Shown: positions 20,072-30,111, numbered from the stretch's first letter. The stretch: DNA of 64,000 nucleotides from Rickettsiales bacterium (GCA_947442475.1 CANEVP010000004.1:2409-66408); one strand, 5' to 3'. The notes: generated from the sequence alone by a model not told the origin. Program-made: numbers and translations.

Positions 20072-20590
20072 ATGCAAGACTTAATTGGATATGATGACAT
20101 CATCGAAACCTCAATGCGTTCAGTGATTTATGAAACTTTAAAAAGAATCGAAAAAACTGGTTTACCCGGCAAGCATTACTTCATGATTACTTTCATGACG
20201 CGCTTTCCAGGCGTTTCTATTTCTACAGCTTTACTAGAAAAATTTAGCGAAGAAATGACCATCGCAGTGCAGCATCAATATAAAAGCTTAGTGGTTGAGC
20301 GTGATTTCTTTAAGATTTCTCTAAGCTTCAACGGCAAATATGAAAAGCTTTCTATCCCTTACAAAGCGGTCACTTCTTTCGCAGATCCTGCAATGAATTT
20401 CGCTCTCAAGTTTAGTATGAGCTATGGCGATCTTGAAGAATTGGAAGAAGGTGTTTTTACTGAACCAAATCAAGCCAATAAAAATTTATCCAAAGAAAAA
20501 AGGGCTGCCGATATTGATTTGTCAGCAAAAGTAATATCGATTGACGCTTTCCGCAAAAACAGAAACGACAATCATAACGAAAATTCATGA
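20072..20590 (+). CDS. sspB: ClpXP adaptor SspB (alphaproteobacterial type)
   Basis: MQDLIGYD..., GLPG.HYFMITF, EMTIAVQHQY, and an F.ISLSFNG......IPY.AVTSFADP pattern as in SspB-alpha. Acidic/basic unstructured tail. Confidence 0.75.
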   Translation: MQDLIGYDDIIETSMRSVIYETLKRIEKTGLPGKHYFMITFMTRFPGVSISTALLEKFSEEMTIAVQHQYKSLVVERDFFKISLSFNGKYEKLSIPYKAVTSFADPAMNFALKFSMSYGDLEELEEGVFTEPNQANKNLSKEKRAADIDLSAKVISIDAFRKNRNDNHNENS

Positions 20591-21186
20591 GCCTACTTCC
20601 ACAGTTTTTATTCTTAGTTTTAACCTACGCCATTGCGGCGATTCCTTTCGGGTTAGTTCTCGCCAAGACATTTGCTAAAAAAGACATTCGCCAATTTGGT
20701 TCAAAAAATATCGGCGCAACCAATGTGGCGCGAGTCATTGGCAAGAAACTCGGATTTGCCACTCTCATTCTCGACGGCCTCAAAGGTGCCGTCATGGTTA
20801 TCATCGCTCGTTTTAGTTTTTACGAATCAGAAAATTTACATCTAATTCTAGTGGCGGTTGCAGCTGTTGCAGTTTTGGCTCACGTTTATCCAATCTATCT
20901 CAATTTCAAAGGTGGCAAAGGTGTGGCAACGGCGATTGCAGTTTTATTTGCTCTTGATCCGTCAGTTGGGTTTTTGGCGGTGTGTTTTTGGATCATGTCT
21001 TTTTGCCTATTTCGCATCTCTTCCGTTTCTTCAATCGTCTCAATTTTTTCTTCGATCATTCTCTCTTCAAGTTTTGAAGCGCCAGCTTCGCAAATTTATT
21101 TCTGCTGGTTTTTATCAATTCTGATTTTGGTTCGACACAAAGAAAATATCCTTCGCCTGCTTACCGGCGAAGAAAAAAAACTCTAA
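20587..21186 (+). CDS. plsY: glycerol-3-phosphate acyltransferase PlsY
   Basis: GSKNIGATNVAR, DGLKG and KGGKGVAT motifs. Polytopic membrane protein. Confidence 0.93.
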   Translation: MSLLPQFLFLVLTYAIAAIPFGLVLAKTFAKKDIRQFGSKNIGATNVARVIGKKLGFATLILDGLKGAVMVIIARFSFYESENLHLILVAVAAVAVLAHVYPIYLNFKGGKGVATAIAVLFALDPSVGFLAVCFWIMSFCLFRISSVSSIVSIFSSIILSSSFEAPASQIYFCWFLSILILVRHKENILRLLTGEEKKL

Positions 21187-21187
21187 C

Positions 21188-21877
21188 ATGAATCCTCAAG
21201 AAAAGCTCATAATTGCGCTGGATGTTGCTGATATTTCTGCTGCCAAAAAATTAGTTGAGGCAATTGGTGACGAAGCAATTTTCTATAAAGTTGGTTTAGA
21301 ATTAATGATGGGTGGCGATTATTTTGAGCTAATAAAATGGCTGAAAAATCGCGGCAAAAAAATCTTTGCTGATCTCAAAATTTACGATATTTCTGAGACG
21401 GTGGGGCGCGCCGTAAAAAATTTGGCGCAATATGAAATTGATCTTTTAACCATTCACACTGCAAGTCGCTCAATCATGGCGCAAGCCGCAGAAAATAAGG
21501 GTAAAATGCAGGTAATTGGCGTGACCGTTTTGACAAATCTTGATGAAAAAGATTTGGGTGAAATGGGTTTTGATCCAAATATTTCACTGGAAAATTTGGT
21601 GCTTAAAAAAACTGAATTGGCTTTAAATTCGGGGCTTGATGGCATTGTCGCTTCAGCGCTTGAAGCAACAAATTTACGCCAAAAATTTGGCCAAGATTTT
21701 CTAATTGTAAGTCCGGGAATCAGGCTAGAAGCAATTGCAAATGATGATCAAAAACGCGTTGCTGACGTAAAAACTGCGCTTAAAAACGGCTCGTCACATT
21801 TAGTTGTGGGCAGGCCAATCACGCGCGACGCCAATCCCAAAGCGGCAGCGCAGAAATTTAATCAATTGATTTCGTGA
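21188..21877 (+). CDS. pyrF: orotidine 5'-phosphate decarboxylase
   Basis: IIALDV, FADLKIYDI and VVGRPIT motifs. Confidence 0.92.
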   Translation: MNPQEKLIIALDVADISAAKKLVEAIGDEAIFYKVGLELMMGGDYFELIKWLKNRGKKIFADLKIYDISETVGRAVKNLAQYEIDLLTIHTASRSIMAQAAENKGKMQVIGVTVLTNLDEKDLGEMGFDPNISLENLVLKKTELALNSGLDGIVASALEATNLRQKFGQDFLIVSPGIRLEAIANDDQKRVADVKTALKNGSSHLVVGRPITRDANPKAAAQKFNQLIS

Positions 21878-23367
21878 AGCTTTCACAAATTCTTTCTCAA
21901 GTAAAAACCTCGCACAAAATTGTGCAAAATGCTTTCCCAATTGATGCAATTGAGATTGCAGATATTGCTCTTGATTCACGACTTACCAAAAAAGATTCAG
22001 CTTTTTTCGCGATCCAAGGCAAAGCCAAAGACGGCTCTGAATTCATTGCTGACGCCATTAAAAATGGTGCTGCGGTTGTGATTTGCGAAAGTGGCAAATT
22101 GGTTTCTGCGCAAGCTTTTATAATCGAAACGTCAGAGACCTTTGCGCTTTTGGTTGAGTTTTTAAAAATTTTCTACGCACCACTTCCAGCCAATATTTAC
22201 GCCATTACCGGCACTAACGGTAAAACTTCTAGTGCTGAATTTACTCGTCAAATTTTACAATTTTTAGAAAAAAAATCGGCGTCAATTGGCACGCTGGGCG
22301 TGATTTCTGATGTGGTGATCGATCATCTGCAAAGCTCGTCACTGACTACTCCCGACATTGTTTCGCTTTACAAAAATCTACAAATTCTAAAAGAAAATGG
22401 CGTTGACGATGTTGCGCTTGAAGTGAGTTCAATTGGCTTGGAGCAGAGCCGCATCGCAGGTTTAAAAGTTGATGTCGGTGCTTTCACCAACTTCACCCAA
22501 GACCATCTCGATTACCACAAATCGATGGAAGAATATCTGCGTTGCAAAATGATTTTATTTGAGCGCGTCTTAGAAAATGGCGCTTGCGCTGTGCTAAATA
22601 GCGACATTCTTGAATTTGAAAAACTCAAAGAAATATGCGTTACAAAAAAGCAGCGTGTGATTGATTACGGCTTTGAAGCATTTGATTTAAGGCTGCAAAA
22701 AATTGAGCTAACTGAAAATGGCCAAAAAGTTTTTTTCGAATTTGGACAAAAAAAATATCAATTCGAACTAGCGGTAAGTGGCGATTTTCAAGCATTCAAC
22801 GCGCTTTGCGCTTTAGGAAATGTCTTGTCGAAATATGATTTAACCTACTTCGAGCTAACAAATTTATTAGAGAATTTTTCTAAGCTTCACCCGGCTGCGG
22901 GAAGAATGCAGCGCGTTGCGACTTTGCCAAATAAAGCGCAAATTTTTATTGATTTTGCGCACTCGCCAGATGCGCTAAAAAATGTTTTACAATTGGCGCA
23001 AAAAATTACCAAAGCGCGAGTCTTTGTTTTGTTTGGCTGCGGGGGAGATCGTGATGCTAAAAAAAGACCAATCATGGGAGAAATCGCCTGCCAAATGGCG
23101 GATTTAGTGATTGTAACTGACGATAATCCGCGCAGCGAAAAAGCGGCGGCAATTCGCGGTGAAATTTTGGCGGCTTGTGATATGACCAAAACCGTTGAAA
23201 TTGCTGATCGCAAAGAGGCTATTGAAAAAGCAGTTACAATGCTTGAAGCTTACGACATCCTGATTTTAGCTGGCAAAGGCCATGAAAAATATCAGATAAT
23301 TGGTGATAAAAAATTTGAATTTGACGAAGAGTCAATCGTAAAAAATGCCCTCACAAAATCCTCTTAA
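21874..23367 (+). CDS. murE: UDP-N-acetylmuramoyl-L-alanyl-D-glutamate--2,6-diaminopimelate ligase
   Basis: GTNGKTS P-loop, DNPR motif (TDDNPRSE) and LAGKGHE near the C-terminus. Confidence 0.93.
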   Translation: MKLSQILSQVKTSHKIVQNAFPIDAIEIADIALDSRLTKKDSAFFAIQGKAKDGSEFIADAIKNGAAVVICESGKLVSAQAFIIETSETFALLVEFLKIFYAPLPANIYAITGTNGKTSSAEFTRQILQFLEKKSASIGTLGVISDVVIDHLQSSSLTTPDIVSLYKNLQILKENGVDDVALEVSSIGLEQSRIAGLKVDVGAFTNFTQDHLDYHKSMEEYLRCKMILFERVLENGACAVLNSDILEFEKLKEICVTKKQRVIDYGFEAFDLRLQKIELTENGQKVFFEFGQKKYQFELAVSGDFQAFNALCALGNVLSKYDLTYFELTNLLENFSKLHPAAGRMQRVATLPNKAQIFIDFAHSPDALKNVLQLAQKITKARVFVLFGCGGDRDAKKRPIMGEIACQMADLVIVTDDNPRSEKAAAIRGEILAACDMTKTVEIADRKEAIEKAVTMLEAYDILILAGKGHEKYQIIGDKKFEFDEESIVKNALTKSS

Positions 23368-26300
23368 ACTCGCGTTTGGCGTAACTTTCGAAGATCTTTA
23401 CGCGCGTGATGGTTTGGTGAAATTGCAGCAAGAGTTTGAAAAATATTTAAGAGAAAAAAATTCTGAAATTGCGGCGAAATTTTTTGATTTACAAATTTCT
23501 GATGCAAAAACCGCCGCACAAAAATCACAAATTTTAATAGATGTAGCGCGGGTTTTAGAAGATTTTATCGCTGATCTTTTCGACATTAAAAAAGAAAATT
23601 CGAATTTAAAAAAACGTCACGATGAGTTGCAAAAAATTTATCAAATTCGTCGTGAATTTGTGCAGCGTGATGTTGCAAAAAAATTTAGTGACGCGGTTGC
23701 GGGAGTTGACGGAATAAGGATTCTAAAAGATTTAGAAATCACTTTTGATGATGTTGATGATTTAGAAAAACAACTAGCTGAAAAAATTGCTACAGTCCAA
23801 AATTTAGAAATTTTAACCAACTACACAACTTGGGCGCTCTACTCTAGCAAGGGTCGCCGCCTTCACAAAAACGGCGCGCTTTTTATTTTGCCAAAAAAAA
23901 CTGATCACCAAAATTTGGTTTCGCCGTGCGCTGATAAATCAAAACGCACTGGTTTTGATTTGACCGACAAAGGCTTCAAGCTCAATCGGGTGTTAGCTGA
24001 AACTCACTACTGCATTTTCTGCCACAAGCAGGAAAAAGATTCTTGTCGCAGCGGAATTCGCGACAAAGAAACTAAAGAATTTAAGCAAGATCCGCTCAAA
24101 GTTGAACTTCACGGCTGCCCACTCGATGAGAAAATTTCTGAAATGAATTTGTTAAAATCAGAAGGTTTTTCGCTCGCCGCTTTTGCCATTGCGGCTGTGG
24201 ACAACCCGATGATTGCAGGAACCGGACACCGAATTTGCAATGATTGCATGAAGTCATGCATCTACCAAAAACAAGATGCGGTGGATATTCCGCAAATCGA
24301 AACTCGCACCCTAAAAGATGTTTTGGCTCTGCCTTATGGTTTTGAAATTTACTCGCTTTTAACGCGTTGGAATCCGCTGAATTTAGAGCGCAATTTGCCG
24401 AGAGAGAATTCTGGCAAAAAAATTCTAATCGCTGGACTCGGGCCTGCAGGATATACTCTGGCGCATCATTTGCTTAATGACGGTCACACAGTTGTGGCAA
24501 TTGATGGTTTAAAAATTGAGCCGCTAAATTCGCAAATTTCTGGCATTGATGAATTGGGTAATCGCCAGAAATTTAAACCGATAAAATTTTTAGACGAAAT
24601 TTACGAACCGCTTTCAAGCCGCTTGATTCATGGCTTTGGCGGTGTTGCCGAATATGGAATTACGGTGCGTTTTGATAAGAATTTTTTGAAGGTGATTCGT
24701 TTGCTTTTAGAGCGCAGAGAAAATTTTAGAATGTTTGGTGGCATTCGTTTTGGTTCGTCAATTACTGATAAAACTGCTTTTGAAAATTATGGCTTCGACC
24801 ATGTTGCACTTTGTATTGGTGCGGGTCGGCCAAATATCATTAATCTCAAAAATAATTTTGCTAAAGGCGTTAGATCAGCTTCAGATTTTTTAATGTCGCT
24901 GCAATTAAGCGGCGCTTTTAAGGAAGAGTTATTTAGCAATTTGCAAATTAGAATGCCAATTGCGGTGATCGGCGGAGGGCTTACGGCAGTTGACACCGCT
25001 TGTGAAGCGCAGGCTTATTACATTACGCAAATTAAAAAATTTGAGAAAAAAGTTGCGGCAATTGGCAAAGAAAAAATTTGGGCGGCTTTAAACCTAGAAG
25101 AAAAAATTATTGCTGAGGAATTTTTGAACCACGCATCTGATCTTCGCGGCGGCAGTGTTGACGAATTATTAAAAAAATGGGGCGGTGTAAAAATTCTTTA
25201 CCGTAAAGCCATTCAAGACTCTCCAGCCTACAGGCTGAATCACCAAGAGCTTAATAAAGCTTTTGAGGAAGGTGTGGAATTTATTGAAAATGTTACGCCG
25301 CTTGCAGTTGAAATTGATGAGTTTGGTCACATTAAAAATTTGCAGTGTTTGGAAGGCCGCGAGTTTTCGTGTAAGTCACTTTTAATTGCTGCAGGCACCA
25401 CGCCAAATATTTCTCCGGTTTTAGAAGATGGTTTAAATCTCGAGCTTGAGGGCAAATATTTCAAGGCTGTAAGCAGTGGAAGTGTGATTACAAAAATTGA
25501 TGAAACTTCTAAAAAAGCGGTGAGTTTTTTTGGTGATTTGCATCCTAATTTTGAAGGCAATGTCGTGAAGGCAATGGCGAGCGCTAAAGTTGGTTACCAC
25601 CAAATTACGGCGTTATTTAAAAATGATGCGACTGAATTTGAGGCTGATTTTTTAGCAAAAATAAATGACGAATTTCAGGCAAAAATTGAGAAGATCGAGA
25701 AGCTTTCAGACTACGTTTATGAAGTTTTCATCAAGGCTCCACTTTTAGCAAAACGCACGCAGATTGGCCACATTTTTCGTCTGCAAAATTATCACGCTTT
25801 GGCGCAAAAAGTTGGTGACCAAATAATGGCGATGGAAGGTGTGCCACTGACCGCATTATCAATTGATGTGAACTCTGGAATTATCAGTGCCATTTTTGTT
25901 GATACTGGTGGTTCAACAAGTTTGATTAAAAATTTTAAGTCGGGTGAGCCTTGTATTTTTATGGGTCCAAGTGGCAGGCCAACTGTAATTCCTAGAAATG
26001 AAACTGTGGTTTTAATTGGAGGAGGGCGTGGCAATCAGCCGCTTACGGCTTTGGCGGAAGCATTTAGTGCTAATGGTTGTAAAGTTTTGTTTTTTGCTGG
26101 GTATCGCAAAAAGTCTTTTATTGTTCGCCAAGAGAGAATGAAAAAATCTTGCGCTGATTTGATAATTTCAATCGAAGATGAAGCGGCTGAGAATGACTAT
26201 TTTCAAGGCTCAGTGATTGATTCTTTAAAATCTTATTTTGCTAAAAATTCTCAAAAAATTGATCGAGTTTTCACCATCGGCAACGATCAAATGATGCATG

Positions 26301-26584
26301 AAATTGCCAAATTGCGTCACGAAAATTCTGTTGCATCAATTAGCAATGCGTCAATTGCCATTACCAGTTTGAACGCACCAATGCAATGTATGCTCAAAGG
26401 CGTTTGCTCACAATGTTTGCAAAAAAGAGAAAATGAAAAAGGCGAGATGGAATATTTTTATTCTTGCGGTGACCAAGATCAAAATATGGATAAGTTTGAT
26501 TTTGCGCATCTGCACAATCGCTGTGAGCAAAATTCTTTGGCGGAGAAAGTTTCTAAGATGTGGATAAAAACTCTGACGAATTAA
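23345..26584 (+). CDS. large fused Fe-S/FAD oxidoreductase (GltD/NfnB-like module plus PyrK/NfnA-like ferredoxin-reductase module)
   Basis: Cys clusters (CIFCHKQEKDSC, CPLDE, CNDCMKSC), dinucleotide fold ILIAGLGPAGYTLA, a second GGGLTAVD fold, a C-terminal FNR-like domain, and a terminal Cys cluster CMLKGVCSQC...C. Confidence 0.65.
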   Translation: MPSQNPLKLAFGVTFEDLYARDGLVKLQQEFEKYLREKNSEIAAKFFDLQISDAKTAAQKSQILIDVARVLEDFIADLFDIKKENSNLKKRHDELQKIYQIRREFVQRDVAKKFSDAVAGVDGIRILKDLEITFDDVDDLEKQLAEKIATVQNLEILTNYTTWALYSSKGRRLHKNGALFILPKKTDHQNLVSPCADKSKRTGFDLTDKGFKLNRVLAETHYCIFCHKQEKDSCRSGIRDKETKEFKQDPLKVELHGCPLDEKISEMNLLKSEGFSLAAFAIAAVDNPMIAGTGHRICNDCMKSCIYQKQDAVDIPQIETRTLKDVLALPYGFEIYSLLTRWNPLNLERNLPRENSGKKILIAGLGPAGYTLAHHLLNDGHTVVAIDGLKIEPLNSQISGIDELGNRQKFKPIKFLDEIYEPLSSRLIHGFGGVAEYGITVRFDKNFLKVIRLLLERRENFRMFGGIRFGSSITDKTAFENYGFDHVALCIGAGRPNIINLKNNFAKGVRSASDFLMSLQLSGAFKEELFSNLQIRMPIAVIGGGLTAVDTACEAQAYYITQIKKFEKKVAAIGKEKIWAALNLEEKIIAEEFLNHASDLRGGSVDELLKKWGGVKILYRKAIQDSPAYRLNHQELNKAFEEGVEFIENVTPLAVEIDEFGHIKNLQCLEGREFSCKSLLIAAGTTPNISPVLEDGLNLELEGKYFKAVSSGSVITKIDETSKKAVSFFGDLHPNFEGNVVKAMASAKVGYHQITALFKNDATEFEADFLAKINDEFQAKIEKIEKLSDYVYEVFIKAPLLAKRTQIGHIFRLQNYHALAQKVGDQIMAMEGVPLTALSIDVNSGIISAIFVDTGGSTSLIKNFKSGEPCIFMGPSGRPTVIPRNETVVLIGGGRGNQPLTALAEAFSANGCKVLFFAGYRKKSFIVRQERMKKSCADLIISIEDEAAENDYFQGSVIDSLKSYFAKNSQKIDRVFTIGNDQMMHEIAKLRHENSVASISNASIAITSLNAPMQCMLKGVCSQCLQKRENEKGEMEYFYSCGDQDQNMDKFDFAHLHNRCEQNSLAEKVSKMWIKTLTN

Positions 26585-27135
26585 TCGTGAGAAGATGTTT
26601 TGGTTGGTGCGTAGTGGTGAGATTCTTGTTCAAGAATTCTGTGAGTAAAATTTCCCTTATCTTCGTGGCGATTGGGTGTAAAGGCTTTCGCTACTGTAAC
26701 CGATGCTAATAAATCTTGAGATGTTTTAGGATCTGAAATTTTACCACATTTTCCGCTGCACATTAATTCAAGTACTTTGGCAGCATCTTTCTTTGCGGCT
26801 TCTTCGCTTAAATCGGTTCTGTTGGCAGCAAATTGCTTGGCAAGATCTTCAGAAAATCTTTCAAATTTTTCGCTACTGTGGCTGGGATCGGTGTTTAAAA
26901 GATTGGTGTAACTCTGCTGTTGGTAGCTTTGTTGGATGGTGTCGGATCCTGAATTTACCAGTTCGGTGAGGTTTTGTATTACTGAGCCAACTCCGGGTAA
27001 AATTCCGAAAGCTTGGGCTGAGGCGTTGGCGGCTTTAGAAGCTAAACTGTTATTTAGCTTCACCGTGCCAGATACTTTTGCGGCCGCAAACATGTCGTTT
27101 AACTGGGCGCAAAAAGTATCTTGGTAAGAAGTCAT
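26581..27135 (-). CDS. hypothetical protein (184 aa)
   Basis: The ORF starts 2 nt after the pal stop on the same strand. No signal peptide or known motif. Confidence 0.45.
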   Translation of the reverse strand: MTSYQDTFCAQLNDMFAAAKVSGTVKLNNSLASKAANASAQAFGILPGVGSVIQNLTELVNSGSDTIQQSYQQQSYTNLLNTDPSHSSEKFERFSEDLAKQFAANRTDLSEEAAKKDAAKVLELMCSGKCGKISDPKTSQDLLASVTVAKAFTPNRHEDKGNFTHRILEQESHHYAPTKTSSHD

Positions 27136-27137
27136 GA

Positions 27138-27671
27138 TTAGTTAACTACTGTTACAGATCTTCTGTTTTTAGCCAAAACATCTTCGCTAGTTCCGAAGAA
27201 TGCTGGGCGTTCTTTGCCGTAAGAAATTGTTTTAATTCTTGCAGAATCAACGCCGTTTGAAGTTAGGTAAGATTTAGCAGAGTTTGCTCTTTTGTCGCCT
27301 AAAGCGATGTTATATTCGCGAGTTCCGCGTTCATCGCAATGTCCTTCGATGGTGATTTTAAGAGCAGCGTCGCTTTTCAACCAAGCGGCTTGAGTGTCGA
27401 GAATTTTTTTAGCTTCATCTGAAAGATCAGAAGAATCGTAACCGAAAAGAACACGGTCTTGAACTTCAACTTCTTGGATTTGATCTTGAGTTTGTTTGTC
27501 TAAAGCTGCCGCTGCTTCTGCGTCTGCAATAGCTTGATAGTTATTTTTGTCGTTAGATTTATCTTCGATTTTCACTTCTGAAGTGGTTTCGGCAGTGTCA
27601 TTTTTTTTGACCTTGCTGCTGCAAGAAATTAACAAAAAAACGGCCGCTAAGGTAAGTAATTGTTTGAACAT
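27138..27671 (-). CDS. pal: peptidoglycan-associated lipoprotein Pal (OmpA family)
   Basis: Lipobox LLISC, and an OmpA-like domain GHCDERGTREYNIALGDKRA. Confidence 0.92.
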   Translation of the reverse strand: MFKQLLTLAAVFLLISCSSKVKKNDTAETTSEVKIEDKSNDKNNYQAIADAEAAAALDKQTQDQIQEVEVQDRVLFGYDSSDLSDEAKKILDTQAAWLKSDAALKITIEGHCDERGTREYNIALGDKRANSAKSYLTSNGVDSARIKTISYGKERPAFFGTSEDVLAKNRRSVTVVN

Positions 27672-27825
27672 TTTTAATCTCGATAAAGTTGTTGGAAATT
27701 TGGTGAAAGGTATGGAAAAATCTATTTTTTACTTACCTAATGTCAAGAAATCAGGTTGGGGACTAATGGATTTTTCTCACAAGAAAAATCGCGATAATTT
27801 TTAGAGCCAAAATAAATATTCAAAT

Positions 27826-30108
27826 ATGCGCAATCCTCAAACGAAAACTATCGAACAAAGAGTTGACGAACTTTTCGCCGCTAAGGCAATAGTTGTTAAA
27901 GTTGGTGGGAAGCAGCACGAATACGGTGTTGCAGATATTTACGATAGTCATCCGGGGATGGCTGATAAAATCAAAAAAGGTTTGCTGAGCAATTGTAAAT
28001 CTAGTCGCACTGACGCGGATATAGAAAGGTATTTGAAAAAAGCTTTAGAGGTTTTTCAAGAAGGCGCGGTAGCAAGAACTTACTACGAAAATGTCTTGAG
28101 AGAAGAAATTAGAATCAGAGACCAAGAGCTTAACCCTCATAAATTTGATCTTAAGGGTTTCTACAGACAAGTTAGTAAGCAGATGCAGCAGAATAATGCG
28201 CGTGGTCAGGGATACACGCCAAGTTGGGATGGGTTTCCAAGAAATGATGCTCCGGTAAGAATGTCGGGCGCAACTGAAGCGGAAATTCATGCGATAAAAT
28301 CAGGACATCACGATGGTGCCTTTATTGATAATCCGAACAAATTTTATCGTAATAACGTTTTCGATTCTGAAGTTTCGGCGCGAGATGATATAAGGGTTAA
28401 TAATAAAAGATTAGAAAATTTTATAAAAAATGGCATAGCTGAGCTTACGCCAGAGGAAGAGCAAGAATGTCGCAAACATTCCAGAGAAAGGCATGAGCTA
28501 AGCAATAGATTGCAGTCTATTGGCGCCCTAACTCTTGAAGCCGCTAAAAAGCTCGGTAAAGGTTTGATCAGCAGTACCGATCCTTCAGAAAGTTCTGATT
28601 ACAAAAAATATGCCGATAAACGAAATGATGCGCTTTACGACATGCTTTACCGCACTTGCCCGGGAAAGGATCGCGCCAGTTTTTTTCACCTTCTAAAAAG
28701 CAGAAATGCTGGCCTGATTGCAGGTAACGATCCAATGGGTGCGGCAATGGCGCTGGAGATGAATAATGCCCTAGATCAGATGATCGCTCAATCGGAAGCA
28801 GAAGACAAAAAACGCTACGAAGAGCTACAGAAAAAAATCGAGGATGGAAATAAAGAAACTCTGACAGGTAGCGGTAAGAAAAATATCGGATTGCAAGGGC
28901 ATTTTGATAAAGAAGATGATGCTCAAAAATGGACCTTGATGTGCGCATTTGTTGTCTTGGGGCCATTTGCTACTGGCATTGCTTTAGGGCCGATAATTGG
29001 AAATTTACTCGGGCCAGTTATGATGAATGGAACTTTTGCACAAGGTTTGGCGGCGCTTCCAACCAATGCATTTTTTGGTCCTTTTGGTCAATTTGCTGAG
29101 TTGTGTCACGTGCCGGATCTCATCCAATTTACTCTAGAGCACGTTCCGATAATTAATCAATTAAGCGATATTATGGATTTCGCCACTCGCAATCCAGTAT
29201 CAGCCGGACTACTTGAGATGGGTTTTCCGCTACTATCTAGTCCTCTTGCCGCACTTGGTATGGCAGGTTTGGCAGCAACTTATGGTCTTAGTAGCAACTA
29301 CCTCAATTATACCGACAAAAGAGACCATATGGAGGCGCGAGAAAAAGCGTTGAAGAGTCTAAAAGAAGAATTTTTAAAAACAGGAAAGCAGATTCAAGAA
29401 AGCAGAGTAGAATCTTATGCCAAGAATATTATCGAGTCTTGCAAGCGGTCGCACGCTGTTGGTCGGTTGGCAGAATTTTTCTGTGAAACCGATGAAAAAA
29501 CATTGGCTGCATTGAGCAAGGATTTGCCGCCACAAAAGCAGCAAGCATTGATAAACATGAAAAAGAGTGGTTTAGAATCTCCGGGTAAAATTATAGAACT
29601 TGTTCGAGGCGCTGGTAGCGAGGATCCATTTGTGCGAAATTTTTTGCTTTTTGAAGGAGTTGGTAGAGATCTGCAAAAGTTTGAAGCTGCGATGACAAAT
29701 CCAGCTGAGAAAGAAAAGCTGATCAATGATCAGCGTGTAAAATTTAATAACGAATATGTTTCCAATTGGGCAGCTAGCTTTAATATTAAAGGCTTTTCAA
29801 CCAATAGTGCCGGTGAAAACATTAAATATTTCGAATCGCTAATGATTGAAATGGAAGTCAATCGTTTAAGAGAAGTTGATCTGGTTGATGGTCCAGATCC
29901 ACAATCTGCTGATCCTAAAACTCTTGAGGAGCTCAAAACGCGTGGGGCAAAAGATGATTTTGATATTTCTCCTACCAAATCACCAGCGCCTAAAGAGGTC
30001 AAGAAAATGGGCGTGTCGAAGTCAACTGGTATTAGTCGAGGCGACATTAAAGCAGCATCTGGTTTGCACTTTTCTAAAGATGAAATGAATCTAGGTAAAG
30101 GGGGGTAA
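27826..30108 (+). CDS. hypothetical 760-aa protein with central hydrophobic segment (effector-like)
   Basis: Long uninterrupted ORF. Charged, coiled-coil-like flanks surround two Gly/Ala/Pro-rich hydrophobic stretches (about 28929-29290). No family recognised. Confidence 0.6.
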   Translation: MRNPQTKTIEQRVDELFAAKAIVVKVGGKQHEYGVADIYDSHPGMADKIKKGLLSNCKSSRTDADIERYLKKALEVFQEGAVARTYYENVLREEIRIRDQELNPHKFDLKGFYRQVSKQMQQNNARGQGYTPSWDGFPRNDAPVRMSGATEAEIHAIKSGHHDGAFIDNPNKFYRNNVFDSEVSARDDIRVNNKRLENFIKNGIAELTPEEEQECRKHSRERHELSNRLQSIGALTLEAAKKLGKGLISSTDPSESSDYKKYADKRNDALYDMLYRTCPGKDRASFFHLLKSRNAGLIAGNDPMGAAMALEMNNALDQMIAQSEAEDKKRYEELQKKIEDGNKETLTGSGKKNIGLQGHFDKEDDAQKWTLMCAFVVLGPFATGIALGPIIGNLLGPVMMNGTFAQGLAALPTNAFFGPFGQFAELCHVPDLIQFTLEHVPIINQLSDIMDFATRNPVSAGLLEMGFPLLSSPLAALGMAGLAATYGLSSNYLNYTDKRDHMEAREKALKSLKEEFLKTGKQIQESRVESYAKNIIESCKRSHAVGRLAEFFCETDEKTLAALSKDLPPQKQQALINMKKSGLESPGKIIELVRGAGSEDPFVRNFLLFEGVGRDLQKFEAAMTNPAEKEKLINDQRVKFNNEYVSNWAASFNIKGFSTNSAGENIKYFESLMIEMEVNRLREVDLVDGPDPQSADPKTLEELKTRGAKDDFDISPTKSPAPKEVKKMGVSKSTGISRGDIKAASGLHFSKDEMNLGKGG

Positions 30109-30111
30109 AAA

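Noticed and set aside
28568-28966. 132-aa minus-strand ORF inside the 760-aa gene, and other antisense ORFs at 29415-30047
   Set aside because: They are nested antisense within a long uninterrupted ORF and have no motifs or start context.
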